Source: an uncultured bacterium
GTDB taxonomy: Bacteria; Chloroflexota; UBA5177; JANWHV01
DNA length: 64,000 nucleotides
Assembly (NCBI GenBank): GCA_963827235.1
Contig: CAWHAE010000012.1
Location: 736,001 to 800,000, forward strand
Direction: 5' to 3'
The notes under the pieces were generated by a model that was not told the DNA's origin, searched no databases, and saw only the letters and a program-made list of their open reading frames with translations. Both the position numbers and the translations under genes were made by a program. This document shows positions 7,478 through 18,843 of this stretch, one piece after another. Every line of letters begins with the position of its first letter. Position 1 is the stretch's first letter.

Positions 7478-8977
7478 CTACGCATCTAGCGCCTGGGCAA
7501 GTCTCTTGACGCCCATGCGCAGGGCGGTAGGCGCGGCCGTCGCGTAGCCGAAGACCAAACCATCCCGCGGCGGCGGCTGCATGCAGAACCGCGTCAAAGG
7601 CGCTACGCGGAGACGCCGTGCCGCGGCCTGCCGCACGATGGCCTGGGAAGTCCGGCCTGGCGGCAGCCAGGCCACGAGGTGCAGGCCGGATTCCGGTGCG
7701 GAAACGTCGAGCATGCCGCCCAGTTCCTGCCGGAGAGCCTCGACGAGCGCGTTGCGCCTCTCCAGATAGAGTGTCCGTGCCCTGCGCACATGGCGCACCA
7801 GGTGGCCCTCGGACATGAAGTCCGCCAGTGCCATCTGCTCCAGGATGGGCAGGTGCCCGTCGACGAAACTCCGTGCGGCAACCAGGCGATCGATCAACGC
7901 ATAGGGAGCGATCAGGTAGCCAAGCCGCAGCGAGGGGAAGAGCACCTTGCTGAAAGTCCCCACGTAGAGCACGCGACCGGTTGCGTCCAGGCCCTGCAAC
8001 GCTTCCAGGGGACGCCCACCGTAGCGATACTCGCTGTCATAATCGTCCTCGACAATCCAGGCACTCGCCGCATCGGCCCACGCAAGCAGCGACAGGCGTC
8101 GCGAGAGGCTCATCACTCCGCCCGTGGGAAACTGGTGGGACGGGGTGACCACGGCCAGCCGTGCCTCCGGGCAGCGCTGCCGTCCGCTCGAGACCTCGAT
8201 GCCTTCCCAATCCACGGGTACCGGCACCGGGCTGGCTCCGGCGGCCTGTAGGGCACCCCGCGCTCCCTGGTAGCCGGGCTCCTCAATCCACGCGTGGCCT
8301 GCTGGACGGAGCAGCACCCGCGCGATCAGGTCGAGGGCACCCTGGGCGCCGGCGGTGACGATGACCTGCTCAGGCGTGCAGCGCACGCCTCGAGTGATGC
8401 CCGCGTGCGACGCGATGGCCTCACGCAGCGGACCATATCCCTGAGCATGCTGGTAGCCCGCGGAGGCTGGAAGCGAGCGGCGAGCACGCCTGCTCAGCAA
8501 TTTCGCCCAGATGGCGTAGGGAAAGCACGTCGTGTCAGGCTGGCCAACCCGGAACACGTCCATCTCGCCGCCTTCACCGCCGGTCTCCGCCGCTCCAGAC
8601 CGGGGCTCGGCGGGACGCAGCGGCCTGTCGTGCACCAGGCTTGCCCGCCCGTCTCGGGAACCGGACGACGGATCCGTCCGGTGCGGTCCGACGAAGCTTG
8701 CCATGGATTCCAGGCGAGCGACCCGCGTGCCATCGCCTACCCGGCTTTCGACGTAGCCCTCCTGCAGTAGCTGGTCGTAAGCGAGGGCGGCGGTGTTGCG
8801 CGAAATGCCCAGGGCGCCGGCGAGGGCGCGCGTCGAGGGAACACGTACACCCGGCTCGAGTTGACCAGCGAGAATCTGCCCGCGCAGGCGCTCATAGAGC
8901 TGGCGGTACAGCGGCGCAGCCGCCGTGCGATCCAGGGCAATCGCGGCTTGTCTGATTGGTGCCGGGCGTTTGGACAT
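7478..8977 (-). CDS. MocR/GabR-family transcription regulator (GntR wHTH plus PLP aminotransferase-like domain)
   Basis: PLYRQLY..LR..IL.G.L.PG.RVPSTRALA..LGISRNT; TPSHQFPTG, IVEDDYDSEYRY, GTFSKVLFPSLRLGY. Confidence 0.93.
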   Translation of the reverse strand: MSKRPAPIRQAAIALDRTAAAPLYRQLYERLRGQILAGQLEPGVRVPSTRALAGALGISRNTAALAYDQLLQEGYVESRVGDGTRVARLESMASFVGPHRTDPSSGSRDGRASLVHDRPLRPAEPRSGAAETGGEGGEMDVFRVGQPDTTCFPYAIWAKLLSRRARRSLPASAGYQHAQGYGPLREAIASHAGITRGVRCTPEQVIVTAGAQGALDLIARVLLRPAGHAWIEEPGYQGARGALQAAGASPVPVPVDWEGIEVSSGRQRCPEARLAVVTPSHQFPTGGVMSLSRRLSLLAWADAASAWIVEDDYDSEYRYGGRPLEALQGLDATGRVLYVGTFSKVLFPSLRLGYLIAPYALIDRLVAARSFVDGHLPILEQMALADFMSEGHLVRHVRRARTLYLERRNALVEALRQELGGMLDVSAPESGLHLVAWLPPGRTSQAIVRQAAARRLRVAPLTRFCMQPPPRDGLVFGYATAAPTALRMGVKRLAQALDA

Positions 8978-9026
8978 CCTTCTCCAGTGCCGGCTCGAAA
9001 CCCTTCGCCCGGCAAGGCCATCGATT

Positions 9027-9086
9027 AATGGCCCCAGCAACACACAGGAATTGGCTCTTTCTACGTGTCCATTATCTTGCTATGCT
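9027..9086 (+). promoter_or_regulatory. Putative MocR-type binding sites and -10 element
   Basis: Direct repeats AATGGCCC (9027-9034) and ATTGGCTC (9050-9057), inverted GTCCATT (9067-9073), TGC-TATGCT at 9078-9086; this two-direct-plus-one-inverted layout is typical of MocR operators. Confidence 0.5.
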
Positions 9087-9139
9087 GCCCGTGTAAGCAA
9101 GCATAGCAGTGCACTGCGACAGATCAGGAGGACTCGAGC

Positions 9140-9598
9140 ATGGCGGCACGGATGGATTACGCGCACGCGGCACCCAGCGCGATGCGGGCGATGAGAGGGC
9201 TGGAGACATATCTCGCGGGATGCAGTATCGAGCCGGCGCTTCAGGATCTGGTGAAGCTGCGCGCCTCGCAGATCAATGGCTGCGCCTACTGCGTGGACAT
9301 GCACAGCCTGGACGCGCGTGCGCGCGGTGAGACGGAACAGCGCCTCTATGCGCTGCCCGTCTGGCGCGACACGCCGTTCTTCAATGATCGCGAGAGAGCG
9401 GCCCTGCTGTGGACGGAGAAGCTCACCATCATCTCGGCGGATCAGGTGCCGGACAGCGCGTACCAGGAGGTACGGCCCCACTTTACCGACCAGGAGCTCG
9501 CCGATCTCACACTGGTCGTCGCCACGATCAACGCCTGGAACCGCTTTGGCATCAGCTTTCGCGACGAGCCCGGTCACCATGTACCGGAGCACAGCTAA
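9140..9598 (+). CDS. Carboxymuconolactone decarboxylase / AhpD-like protein
   Basis: LVKLRASQINGCAYCVDMH, ERAAL.WTE..T, INAWNR; RBS AGGAGG. Confidence 0.92.
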   Translation: MAARMDYAHAAPSAMRAMRGLETYLAGCSIEPALQDLVKLRASQINGCAYCVDMHSLDARARGETEQRLYALPVWRDTPFFNDRERAALLWTEKLTIISADQVPDSAYQEVRPHFTDQELADLTLVVATINAWNRFGISFRDEPGHHVPEHS

Positions 9599-9799
9599 GG
9601 AGGCGTGCACGGGCGTACAGGCAATTCCAGCGCACACTCGAACGAAGAGGTGTAGAGGACACACCCGCGTGCACAAGCGGGCGCGGATGCGATTCAGTGG
9701 TGGGCCACGACGCGTCCTGGATCCGTTCCATACGTCGGCTCACCTTGTCACGAAGGGCAATGGTTACCACGCAGCGCATGCCGCAGGAGGAAGGATGCA

Positions 9800-10531
9800 A
9801 TGGATCCGATCGTCGAGACCACGGCCGGTAGGATTCGAGGGGCCACGAGCGCCTCCGCGATCCAGAGCTTCAAGGGCATTCCCTATGGCGCGCCCACGGA
9901 CGGGCGCAACCGCTTCCAGCCGCCCGCAAGGCCACCTCGGTGGCCTGGCGTGCGCGACGCTCTGCACTACGGCCCCAGTAGTCCCCAGCCAGCCGGGGGC
10001 ATGATGGAGCGGCTGCTCGGCTTCAACTTCTCGGAGCCCGTGCCGAGCAGTGAGGATTGTCTGGCGCTCAACGTTTGGACGCCCGCGGCAGGAGATGGCC
10101 GCGAGAGGCCGGTGTTGTTCTGGTGCCACGGCGGCGGCTACACCATGGGATCGGGCTCGGGGGGCTTCTACGACGGCACAAACCTGGCGCGCCGAGGGGA
10201 CGCCGTGGTGGTGACGGTGAACCATCGCCTCGGTCCGTTCGGTTATTGCTACCTTGCCGACCTCGAGGGAGACGTCTATGCCCTCTCGGGCAACGCGGGC
10301 ATGCTGGATCTGGTGGCGGCACTGGAGTGGGTACGCGACAACATCTCGGCGTTTGGCGGCGATCCCGGGAACGTGACCGTCTTCGGTGAATCGGGCGGTG
10401 GCGGCAAAGTCAGCGCCCTGCTGGCTATGCCGCGTGCGGCGGGCCTGTTCCATCGCGCGATCGTGCAAAGCGGTCCCGGGTTGCGCGTGCGCAGTTGGGA
10501 TGGCCTGCCCACGGCGCAGCTCGGCCGATAG
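9800..10531 (+). pseudogene. Type-B carboxylesterase (PnbA-like), C-terminally truncated
   Basis: FKGIPYG, SEDCLALNVWTP, HGGG, NHRLG, NVTVFGESGGG, LFHRAIVQSG, then a stop at 243 aa; no continuation recognisable in other frames. Confidence 0.75.
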
Positions 10532-10864
10532 TGCGCCAAGCTGGATACACCGGCGCGAGGAATGGAATTGGAGAGGTGGTACCGACCTCCCAGACCGCGA
10601 GCCCACATGGACAGTATGACGCAGGGGCTGGCTGTCCCACGACGATGGATGCCTTTCTGGGCGCATGCAGAGGCGGACGAGCCGGCTACAGTCGCGGAAA
10701 CGACGGGCCCCAACGTCTCGATTGCACAATGCAGGGTCTCCGTATCACGGCCGGCTCCCGCAGCGGGAAACGCCGACTGTACAATACGGAAACGAGCGAC
10801 GCCAGGCTGATTTTTCGGCCCTCTACCCGTGCGTTGCACGCTGATGAGCGCTGGGGGTCGCAGC

Positions 10865-13800
10865 ATGTCGGATCACGGTCTGTGCGTTGCCGGAGCCCCG
10901 CTCCACTATCTGCCCGGCGCCGTTACCGGCGAACTGGTCGAGATCAAGGGTGAAACCTTCTACCGTATCGGCAACCACGATGCCATGGAGCCGTTTCTGA
11001 TCAGCCTTACCAGCGATTCCGACCTCTGGATGTTCCTCTCCAGCAACGGAGCGCTCACGGCCGGGCGCCGCAGCCCGGATACGGCGCTCTTCCCGTACTA
11101 CACCGACGACCGCACGCATGATGGCCTGGACGTCACGGGTGCAAAGACCATCTTCGCGGTGCGGCTCGGCGATCGAAGATACCTCTGGGAGCCGTTCTCG
11201 CCCCGCTACGAGGGCCTCTATCGCCTGACGCGCCGGCTGTACAAGAGTACGCTCGGCAACAAGATCATGTTCGAGGAGACGAACCACGACCTCTCCCTGG
11301 TCTTCTCGTATGCATGGCTATCCAGCGATCGCTTCGGATGGGTCCGCCGCGCGATGTTGGAAAACACAGGCGGGACGCTCGCCGCGGTCGATCTGCTCGA
11401 CGGGCTGCAGAACGTGCTGCCGTACGGCATCACTCGGCGCTTCCAGCTCGAGTTCAGCACCCTGGCGGACGGCTACAAAGTGTCCGAGTTGGACGCCACC
11501 TCGGGCACCGCGCTGTTCAGGATGAGCTCGATACCAACCGACAAGGCGGAGCCGAGCGAAGCGCTGCGAGCGACCGTGGTGTGGCAGCACGGGTTGGAGC
11601 CGGCAGCGACGCTGCTGTCGACCCTGCAAGTCGAAAGGTTCCGGCGCGGGCTCGACGTCCAAACCGAACGCCTCGTGCGAGGGCGTCGCGGCGCCTACAT
11701 GGTGCTCGCGAGCCTGGCGCTCCCCGCCGGTGCGCATCACGTCTGGCATATCGCAGCGGACGCCGCGCGAGACGCCGGCCAGGTCGCGGCCATCGCCCAA
11801 TTCCTCGAGACCGCTGACGGCGTGCCGGCCGAGATCGACCGCGACGTGGAGCAGGGCAGCAGCAGCCTCGCGCGCATCGTGGCAGCAGCCGATGGCCTGC
11901 AGCGCACTGCCGATGCACTCAACACGGCCCGGCACTTCTCCAACACACTCTTCAACGTGATGCGCGGCGGCGTGCCGCATCGGGCGTACACCATCGACAG
12001 CGCCGATCTGGAGACCTCCATCCGGCGGGCCAATCCCGAAGTGGCTCGCAGGCAGGCAGGCTTCCTGCGCTCCCTGCCCTCCACACTGTCGCACCACGAC
12101 CTGCTCGCCCTGGCCCGCGGGCAGCACGATCCAGACCTGGAGCGCCTCGCGCACGAGTACCTGCCGCTCACGTTCAGCCGCCGTCACGGAGACCCCAGCA
12201 GACCCTGGAACATCTTCGCCATCGACGTCAAGGATGAACAAGGCCGGAGGAAGCTGAGCTTCGAAGGTAACTGGCGCGACATTTTCCAGAACTGGGAGGC
12301 ACTGGCGCTCTCATTCCCGTCATATGTGGAGAGCATGATCTTCAGGCTTGTCGATGCCTCGACACCGGACGGCTACAATCCCTACCGAGTGACGCGTGAC
12401 GGCTTCGACTGGGAGATCCCCGACCCGCATGAGCCGTGGTCGAACATCGGCTACTGGAGCGACCACCAGGTCATCTACTTGCTCAAGCTGCTCGAGTCGT
12501 CCGCGAGACACCATCCCGGCGCCCTCCTGCCGTGGCTGGCTCGCCCGGTCTTCGCCTACGCAAACGTGCCGTACAGAATCAAGAAGTACGAGGAACTCGT
12601 CCGAGAACCGCGGCACACGATCGTCTTCGATGCCGCGCTGGACGCCGCGATCCGGGAGCGACGCTTGGTAGAGGGCATGGACGCGGCTCTCGTCCGAAAC
12701 GCCCGCGGTGGTATCCACCACGTGAATCTGGCGGAGAAGCTGCTGCTCGTGTCGCTGGCCAAGCTGTTCAACTACATCCCGGGCGCCGGCATCTGGATGA
12801 ATACGCAGCGGCCGGAGTGGAACGACGCCAACAACGCCCTGGTCGGCAACGGCGTGTCCATGGTCACGCTCTGCTACCTGCGGCGATTCATGGTGTTCTG
12901 CCGCGAGCTGTTCGCGTGCCTCGACCTGCCCGCGGTAGATGTCTCAGAAGAACTGGCCGGGGCCTTACTGGAGGTGTCGGACATACTCGAAGGTCAATTG
13001 TCGTTACTCGACCGGCCGACCACGGATCGCGATCGAAGACGAGTGCTGGACGACCTCGGCCGGGCGGGCACAGCATATCGCGCCTCCGTCTACGACACAC
13101 GGATTCTCAGGCACCATGACTCCGCTGACCACCGACCGCCTGCGATCGTACTGTGACCTGGTGTTGCGGCACGTGGAATATACGATGCGCGCCAACCGCC
13201 GCGATGACGGTCTCTACCACTCCTACAGCGTCGCGAGCTTTACCGAAGACGAGATCAGGGTCGACAGGCTGACCGAGATGCTCGAAGGTCAGGTGGCAGC
13301 GATCAGCTCAGGCGCTCTCGATTCAGAAGAGGCAGCAGACCTCCTTGACACGCTTCGCCACGGCCCGCTGTACCGCGCCGACCAGGGCAGTTACATGCTC
13401 TATCCCGACCGGCAGCCACCCCTCTTCTTCGACAAGAACGTGGTAGACGAGGGCGCGCTGAGGCAGTCGCGTCTGCTGGCCGAGCTCTTGCGCCGCGGAG
13501 ACGGCAGTCTGGTGTCGCGCGACGTGGCTGGTCATGTCCACTTCAACGCCGGGCTGCGCAACGCCAATCTGCTGAGGAGGGTACTGGACGAGCTGCTGCG
13601 ATCGGATCTGGAGGACCTTGCCAGGGAAGAACACGCGCAGATTCTCGAGCTCTACGAGCAGGTCTTTGCTCATCGATCGTTCACGGGGCGCTCCGGCTCT
13701 CTGTCAAAGTACGAGGGCCTGGGCTCCATTTACTGGCACATGGTTTCCAAGCTGCTGCTGGCGGTTCAAGAGATGATACAGGGCGCCGTCTGTGCCGGCG

Positions 13801-14324
13801 AAGACGATACAGTCGTCGAACGCCTGAAACAGCACTACGCGCAGATCCGCGAAGGGATCGGCGTGCACAAGTCGCCGGAACACTACGGAGCAGTGCCCAC
13901 CGACCCGTACTCGCACACGCCCGCGTTCGCCGGCGCGCAGCAGCCCGGAATGACCGGCCAGGTGAAGGAAGACATCATCACACGAGTGGGTGAGATGGGA
14001 GTGATGGTCCGCGACGGCCGTCTGAAGTTCCTGCCGGAGCTTGTGAGCCGCCATGAGCTCCTGGACTCGTCTCGCCGATTCATGTTCTACGACGTGCATG
14101 GGGATCCGCAGCACATAGATCTGGCAGCCGGCAGTCTGGCCTTCACTCTTTGCCAGGTGCCGGTGGTGATGCATGGAGGCAGCGAGCGGCGCCTCGAGAT
14201 CACGGTGGAAGATGGCTCCAATCGTGTCGTCCCGGGCCTCACTCTCGACCCGTCGACCAGCGCATGTATCTTCGATCGCAGCGGAGCCGTACGTCGGCTG
14301 GACGTGTTCCTCGGCCTGGAGTGA
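10865..14324 (+). CDS. GH149-type beta-1,3-glucan phosphorylase, split by one frameshift near 13095-13100
   Basis: FSRRHGDPSRPWN, EGNWRDIFQNWEAL, GYNPYR, IGYWSDHQVIYL, GIWMNTQRPEWNDANNALVG in ORF 10829-13156; MLEGQVA, YEGLGSIYWHMVSKL, GAQQPGMTGQVKED in ORF 12939-14324; joined length about 1150 aa. Confidence 0.8.
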
Positions 14325-14411
14325 GCCAGACCTGTTCGACGCTGCATCCGGCGCTTCGGGGAAGGTCGCGACTTGCTTGCCAAAGCGTCCCGCATCTTGC
14401 GGCACGCCGCA

Positions 14412-15572
14412 TCAAAGCTGCGGCTCACCCTGCCAGGTGACGCTGTTGGCGAACAGGTCGGCAGAGAACTCGATTGCCGGGAGGAGCTGCGCCGGCGAGG
14501 GATGGTAGTTCTTATCCGGAGTGAAGTCGCTGAATGCCACCAGATCGACGGCGATGCCGTCGCGGATCGCGGCCTCGATGAGCACTCGTTCGTGCTGCTG
14601 CTGGCCGCCCACGGGCGCGACGACGACGTCGTACACATTCCCGTAGCCGTCAGCATAGCCGATCTCGGCCCCCGAGATGTTGAAGGCAAGGATCGCGCCG
14701 CTGAACTGGCTCTGCTGTAGTGCATCCACGATCTGCGCAGGCGTGCGCCCGTTCGCAGTCTCGCCCGACAGCTCGATGCCCCACGGCCCGTTGCTGCCCC
14801 GGCCCTCGTTCGACCACTGCACCGACTGCGCGTCCTCCGACGAGGGAGCGGCGTCCGCAGGGTAGTCGACGGTGAAACCGAACGCGCTGCTCGTGTACCG
14901 TCCCGCCGGCGCCATGGCGGGCACGGACGGGGCGGCCGTGGGCGATGCCGGCGGCGACGGGCTCGGCGCCTGGGACGCCGCTGCCGATGCCTGAAGTGAC
15001 GGCACCGAGCTTGGCGACAGAGCCGGCGAGGCGCCGGCAGTTGGCGCGGGCGGCGGGGAAGGGCTGATCGTGGGATACGGCTGCTGGAATGGACTGGGCG
15101 CTGGAGAGGCCGCCGCGCTCGGCGAGGGCAGTGGGGACGAGGACGGGCCGAGCGTGGGCGGCGGTAAAGGCGGTTGCGGAGACGAACACAGGGCCCCACG
15201 GCACGTGGCGGCGGATTGCGACATCACCAGTTGCGCCACAAGCGCCAGCACAGCCGCTGCCACGACGAGAACCGCGAGGAGAAGCAGCCAGGGCATTGGA
15301 GCAGCAGACTTCCGCGGCATGCCAGTCTGGTAGTACCCCGCGGCGGCAGGAGCGAAGACCGGAGGCCGGAAGGTAGCGGCCGAGTAGGCTGCCGCAGCCA
15401 ACGGCTGGCCACAATGCGTGCAGAAGCCGGCGCCGGGGCCGTTGGCAGCACCGCACCTTCCGCACACGACCGCCTGCGCCCTGAGCGGCGCGCCGCAGCG
15501 GCCGCAGAAGAGCGCCGAGCCATCGTTGGCAGCGCCACAGATACTGCAGTTGACGCCAGGCGGATTGGTCAC
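14412..15572 (-). CDS. Double zinc-ribbon membrane protein with Pro/Ser linker and extracellular domain
   Basis: Two CxxCG..N.....FCxxCG repeats, one TM helix, Pro/Ser/Ala-rich linker, C-terminal domain starting YTSSAFGFTVDYP (PsbP-like by eye); start overlaps the S53 stop. Confidence 0.8.
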   Translation of the reverse strand: MTNPPGVNCSICGAANDGSALFCGRCGAPLRAQAVVCGRCGAANGPGAGFCTHCGQPLAAAAYSAATFRPPVFAPAAAGYYQTGMPRKSAAPMPWLLLLAVLVVAAAVLALVAQLVMSQSAATCRGALCSSPQPPLPPPTLGPSSSPLPSPSAAASPAPSPFQQPYPTISPSPPPAPTAGASPALSPSSVPSLQASAAASQAPSPSPPASPTAAPSVPAMAPAGRYTSSAFGFTVDYPADAAPSSEDAQSVQWSNEGRGSNGPWGIELSGETANGRTPAQIVDALQQSQFSGAILAFNISGAEIGYADGYGNVYDVVVAPVGGQQQHERVLIEAAIRDGIAVDLVAFSDFTPDKNYHPSPAQLLPAIEFSADLFANSVTWQGEPQL

Positions 15573-17380
15573 CGTGTCTGTCCCCCGGCATACGATTCCA
15601 GGTCACGAGCGAGATTCCACGCGTCAGGCGTGCCCAGGCCGGTGGCCATGTCGTAGCCCGGTCCGGCAGGAAAGTAGAGATTGTTGCCCACGGTGATGTC
15701 GTGGAAGGCCTGGTATGGACTCGGGTCTGCGGCGATCGCGTACAGGGCGGGGTTGAGGAAACCGGCCCGGGGCAGGTCCTTGTGTTGCAGGTACTGGTTG
15801 ACGAGCGCTGCTATGCCTGCCCAGATGGGAGCCGACTGGCTGGTGCCGCCACCCATCGTCCAGCTCTGCGTGCCCTGCTGATCGGTGACGTAAATGGCGG
15901 CACCGCTCGCGGAATCGGCGTCGGCCGAGACGTCCGGCACCGAGCGCATGCCGCCGGGGTTGCGCCGCGTATCCTGCACGCCGGGTCCCTGCTGCCAGGT
16001 CGGGCGGGCGTAGTATACGCTTACGCCGCCGCCCGTGCCGATCGTCTCCCCGGGATACTCCCAGACGGTCTCGTTGTACCAGCCTCCGTTCGTGTTCACA
16101 CTCAGACGCGTGCCTCCGACTGCCGTGACACCAGGCGCATCGCCGGGAAGCGGCACGCCCAGGTACGTGGGAGACGGCGGCGTGCCTCGCGCCGCGTCGG
16201 CAAGGCAGTTGTAGGCTGCGTCGTCGTGCGTGATCGCGAACACGGTCTCTCCCAGGGCGTCGGCGTGGTCGTACACGTTCTTGTAGGCGTCTGCCTCCGT
16301 CTTGCCGAGCGGTTTCTCGCACATGCCCCAGCTCTGGCTGATCACGGCGCCCGGGTTCTCGTCCACCATTCTGGATTGCAGGTTGAGCACGGCGGTGAGC
16401 GCGTCGGATGCGGCCATTTTCTGCAGTGAGGACCAGTCCAGGTTGTAGAGCACGAGCTTGGCGCCGGGAGCGATCTCGTGAACGACCTCCAGGTCCATCT
16501 CGGTTTCGCTGAGAGTCGCGGTGGGCTCCGGCGTCTTGCTGACCGGCAGCATAGCGGGCAAGCCGAACCTGGACGTGAACGTGTCGAGGGAGCTTTGCTT
16601 GAAGCCGTCGAGCTCGAAGAACACCACGGTCTGGCCCGTACCGTCGATACCGGCGTCGCGCAACGGGGTGATGTCGTAGGCGCTGAGCAGGTCAACCGGC
16701 AATAGCCCGCCTTCAGGAACAGCCGCCGGAATGGGCTGGAAATAGCTGGATATGGAACCGGCCTCGGCTACGTCGGACCGCAGAACCGCGGGCAGGGAGG
16801 GGTCACGATCGCCGGCGTAGAAGCGGGCCCCGTGCACCGACCGGTACCACCGAACGTGCACGCCGAACGCGGACTCCAGGCGGCTAGCCGGTCCGGACAC
16901 TTCCATCCAGTCGTCGCCGCGCTGCCAGCTCGCGCGGAGGCCCATGCGTCGCAGCGCATTCTGCACTCGCGTCGCGGTCGCGGGCGAGGGACCGTAGCGA
17001 GCGGCGATATCGCCCGTGCTCATGTAGTGGCCGTACGCGGGTGACCGGGGCGAATACAGCGCGGCCAGGTCCGCGTCCTCGCGCGCCGCGGAGGGATCAC
17101 GCAAGACGAGCAGGAGTGAGAGCTGCGTATCGGGAGCCACGGGACCAAGATCAGCCGCGCCGGCAAGAGGCAGAGCGAGACCGTAATCGGAGTCCACAGA
17201 GTGTGCTAGAGTCCGCTGGGCCTGGTGCACCGCACTGGGCACCAAGCCGACGACGATCGCGGCCGCCAGCAAACCGTTGCGCAGCAGTGGCCGGCTAAGG
17301 CGCGCGGCACACCCTATCATTCGCCGTAGCACGAGCGCGCACCTCAGCGGCGTGCTGGAGACCGCGAAAGGTTCCTTCAT
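15569..17380 (-). CDS. S53 (sedolisin/kumamolisin) serine peptidase with pro-domain
   Basis: Signal region, pro-domain (LYSPRSPAYGHYMS), ETEMDLE, SQSWG, VTAVGGT, RSVPDVSADAD, GGGTSQSAPIWAG, GFLNPALY, GYDMATGLGTP; true start probably somewhat downstream. Confidence 0.9.
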   Translation of the reverse strand: MKEPFAVSSTPLRCALVLRRMIGCAARLSRPLLRNGLLAAAIVVGLVPSAVHQAQRTLAHSVDSDYGLALPLAGAADLGPVAPDTQLSLLLVLRDPSAAREDADLAALYSPRSPAYGHYMSTGDIAARYGPSPATATRVQNALRRMGLRASWQRGDDWMEVSGPASRLESAFGVHVRWYRSVHGARFYAGDRDPSLPAVLRSDVAEAGSISSYFQPIPAAVPEGGLLPVDLLSAYDITPLRDAGIDGTGQTVVFFELDGFKQSSLDTFTSRFGLPAMLPVSKTPEPTATLSETEMDLEVVHEIAPGAKLVLYNLDWSSLQKMAASDALTAVLNLQSRMVDENPGAVISQSWGMCEKPLGKTEADAYKNVYDHADALGETVFAITHDDAAYNCLADAARGTPPSPTYLGVPLPGDAPGVTAVGGTRLSVNTNGGWYNETVWEYPGETIGTGGGVSVYYARPTWQQGPGVQDTRRNPGGMRSVPDVSADADSASGAAIYVTDQQGTQSWTMGGGTSQSAPIWAGIAALVNQYLQHKDLPRAGFLNPALYAIAADPSPYQAFHDITVGNNLYFPAGPGYDMATGLGTPDAWNLARDLESYAGGQTR

Positions 17381-17414
17381 CTGCGTGGAGTCATGTTGTA
17401 CGGTCGCTCACCCT

Positions 17415-18785
17415 TCAATCCTCTGGCGCGTTCGCCTCTATAGAGCGGGCATACCAGAGCCCGCTGTCCTTTATTGTGCGACGCTGCGTGGCAAAATCCA
17501 CGTGCACGATGCCGAATCGCTGCGAAAAGCCCTTTCCCCACTCAAAGTTGTCAAGCAGCGACCACACAAAGTAGCCCCTTACCGGAGCGCCAGCCGAGAC
17601 GGCTTGCCGCAGAGCCCGAATGTACCCTCGAAGGTAGTCCGTGCGAAACTCGTCATGGACGTGTCCGTCGGGCGAGATCGTATCCACGAAGGCGGCGCCA
17701 TTCTCGGTCACATAGATCCGCTGTGGATGGTAGTCCCGATGCACCCGCTCGATCAACTCGCGGAAAGAGTCCGGATAGACCTCCCAGTCCATCGTGGTGT
17801 AGACGGCGTCGGGGTTGCGCACGGAAACGTCGTCGGACCCGTCACCACGCACCCCGCCTCGCAGTACGACGCGAATGTAGTTATTCAGGCCGAGAAAGTC
17901 GGTCGGCGTGGCGATGGTCGCCAGATCGCCGTCACGAAGCGGAATTCGCACCCCGCGGCGCTCGTAGCGATCGACAGCCGCCTGCGGATAGGTCGCACGG
18001 TAGAGCGGGTCGAGGTACCAGCGATTCTGACTCTCATCATGCCGCTGTGCCGCCGCACGATCGGCCTCGGATTCGGACGCGGCGTAGCTCTGGGAGAGAT
18101 TGAGCGTGATACCGACTTGCGCCTCAGGCCCGGCGTTGCCTCGAATCACCGGCACGGCGGCGCCATGTGACAGCAGTAGATGGTGGCCCACCGAGATCAT
18201 GGTCTGCAGATCGGTCAGTCCCGGGGCGTGCCAACCTGCCATGTGGCCGTCCCATGCCACCACCGAGGGCTCGTTGTGCGTGATCCAACTCTTGACGCGG
18301 TCGCCCAGCCGCTTCGTGACCACGTTAACGTAGGCACAGAATGCATCTGTAGTGGCGCGATTCGCCCAGCCGCCCGCATCCTGCAGAGCCTGAGGTAGGT
18401 CCCAATGATAGAGCGTCACGTAGGGAACGATTCCCGCGGCGAGCAGATCGTCGACCAGCCTCTCGTAGAAGTCCAGGCCCGGGGCATTCACCGCGCCCGT
18501 ACCGTCCGGCAAGATACGCGGCCACGCGATCGAGAAGCGGTAGGCCTGCAGTCCGAGTGTGCGCATCAGCTCGATGTCTTCGGCAGTCCTGTGATAGTGG
18601 TCACACGCCACGTCGCCGGTATCGCCGTTCCATGTCTTGCCGGGTGTGTGGCTGAAAGTGTCCCAAATGGAAACGCCCCTGCCGTCCTCGTGAACAGCAC
18701 CCTCAATCTGGTATGCCGCCGTAGCGGCGCCCCAAAGGAATCCCTCTGGAAGCTTGCTGTCCGTGCTCTGGGTCGATCCCGTCAT
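17415..18785 (-). CDS. GH1 beta-glucosidase
   Basis: FLWGAATAAYQIEGA, YRFSIAWPRI, TLYHWDLPQ, THNEP (acid/base), VTENG (nucleophile), WSLLDNFEW. Confidence 0.95.
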   Translation of the reverse strand: MTGSTQSTDSKLPEGFLWGAATAAYQIEGAVHEDGRGVSIWDTFSHTPGKTWNGDTGDVACDHYHRTAEDIELMRTLGLQAYRFSIAWPRILPDGTGAVNAPGLDFYERLVDDLLAAGIVPYVTLYHWDLPQALQDAGGWANRATTDAFCAYVNVVTKRLGDRVKSWITHNEPSVVAWDGHMAGWHAPGLTDLQTMISVGHHLLLSHGAAVPVIRGNAGPEAQVGITLNLSQSYAASESEADRAAAQRHDESQNRWYLDPLYRATYPQAAVDRYERRGVRIPLRDGDLATIATPTDFLGLNNYIRVVLRGGVRGDGSDDVSVRNPDAVYTTMDWEVYPDSFRELIERVHRDYHPQRIYVTENGAAFVDTISPDGHVHDEFRTDYLRGYIRALRQAVSAGAPVRGYFVWSLLDNFEWGKGFSQRFGIVHVDFATQRRTIKDSGLWYARSIEANAPED

Positions 18786-18843
18786 GATCTCATCCGACTT
18801 TCTGGTGCCGTGATTGGCTCTGCGTTGCATCGTCGTGCTTGCT

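Noticed and set aside
13090-13105. Programmed frameshifting or phase variation in the GH149 gene, and in rluA at 50239-50243
   Set aside because: No canonical slippery heptamer or long repeat tract; the many other indels in this window make sequencing error the simpler explanation
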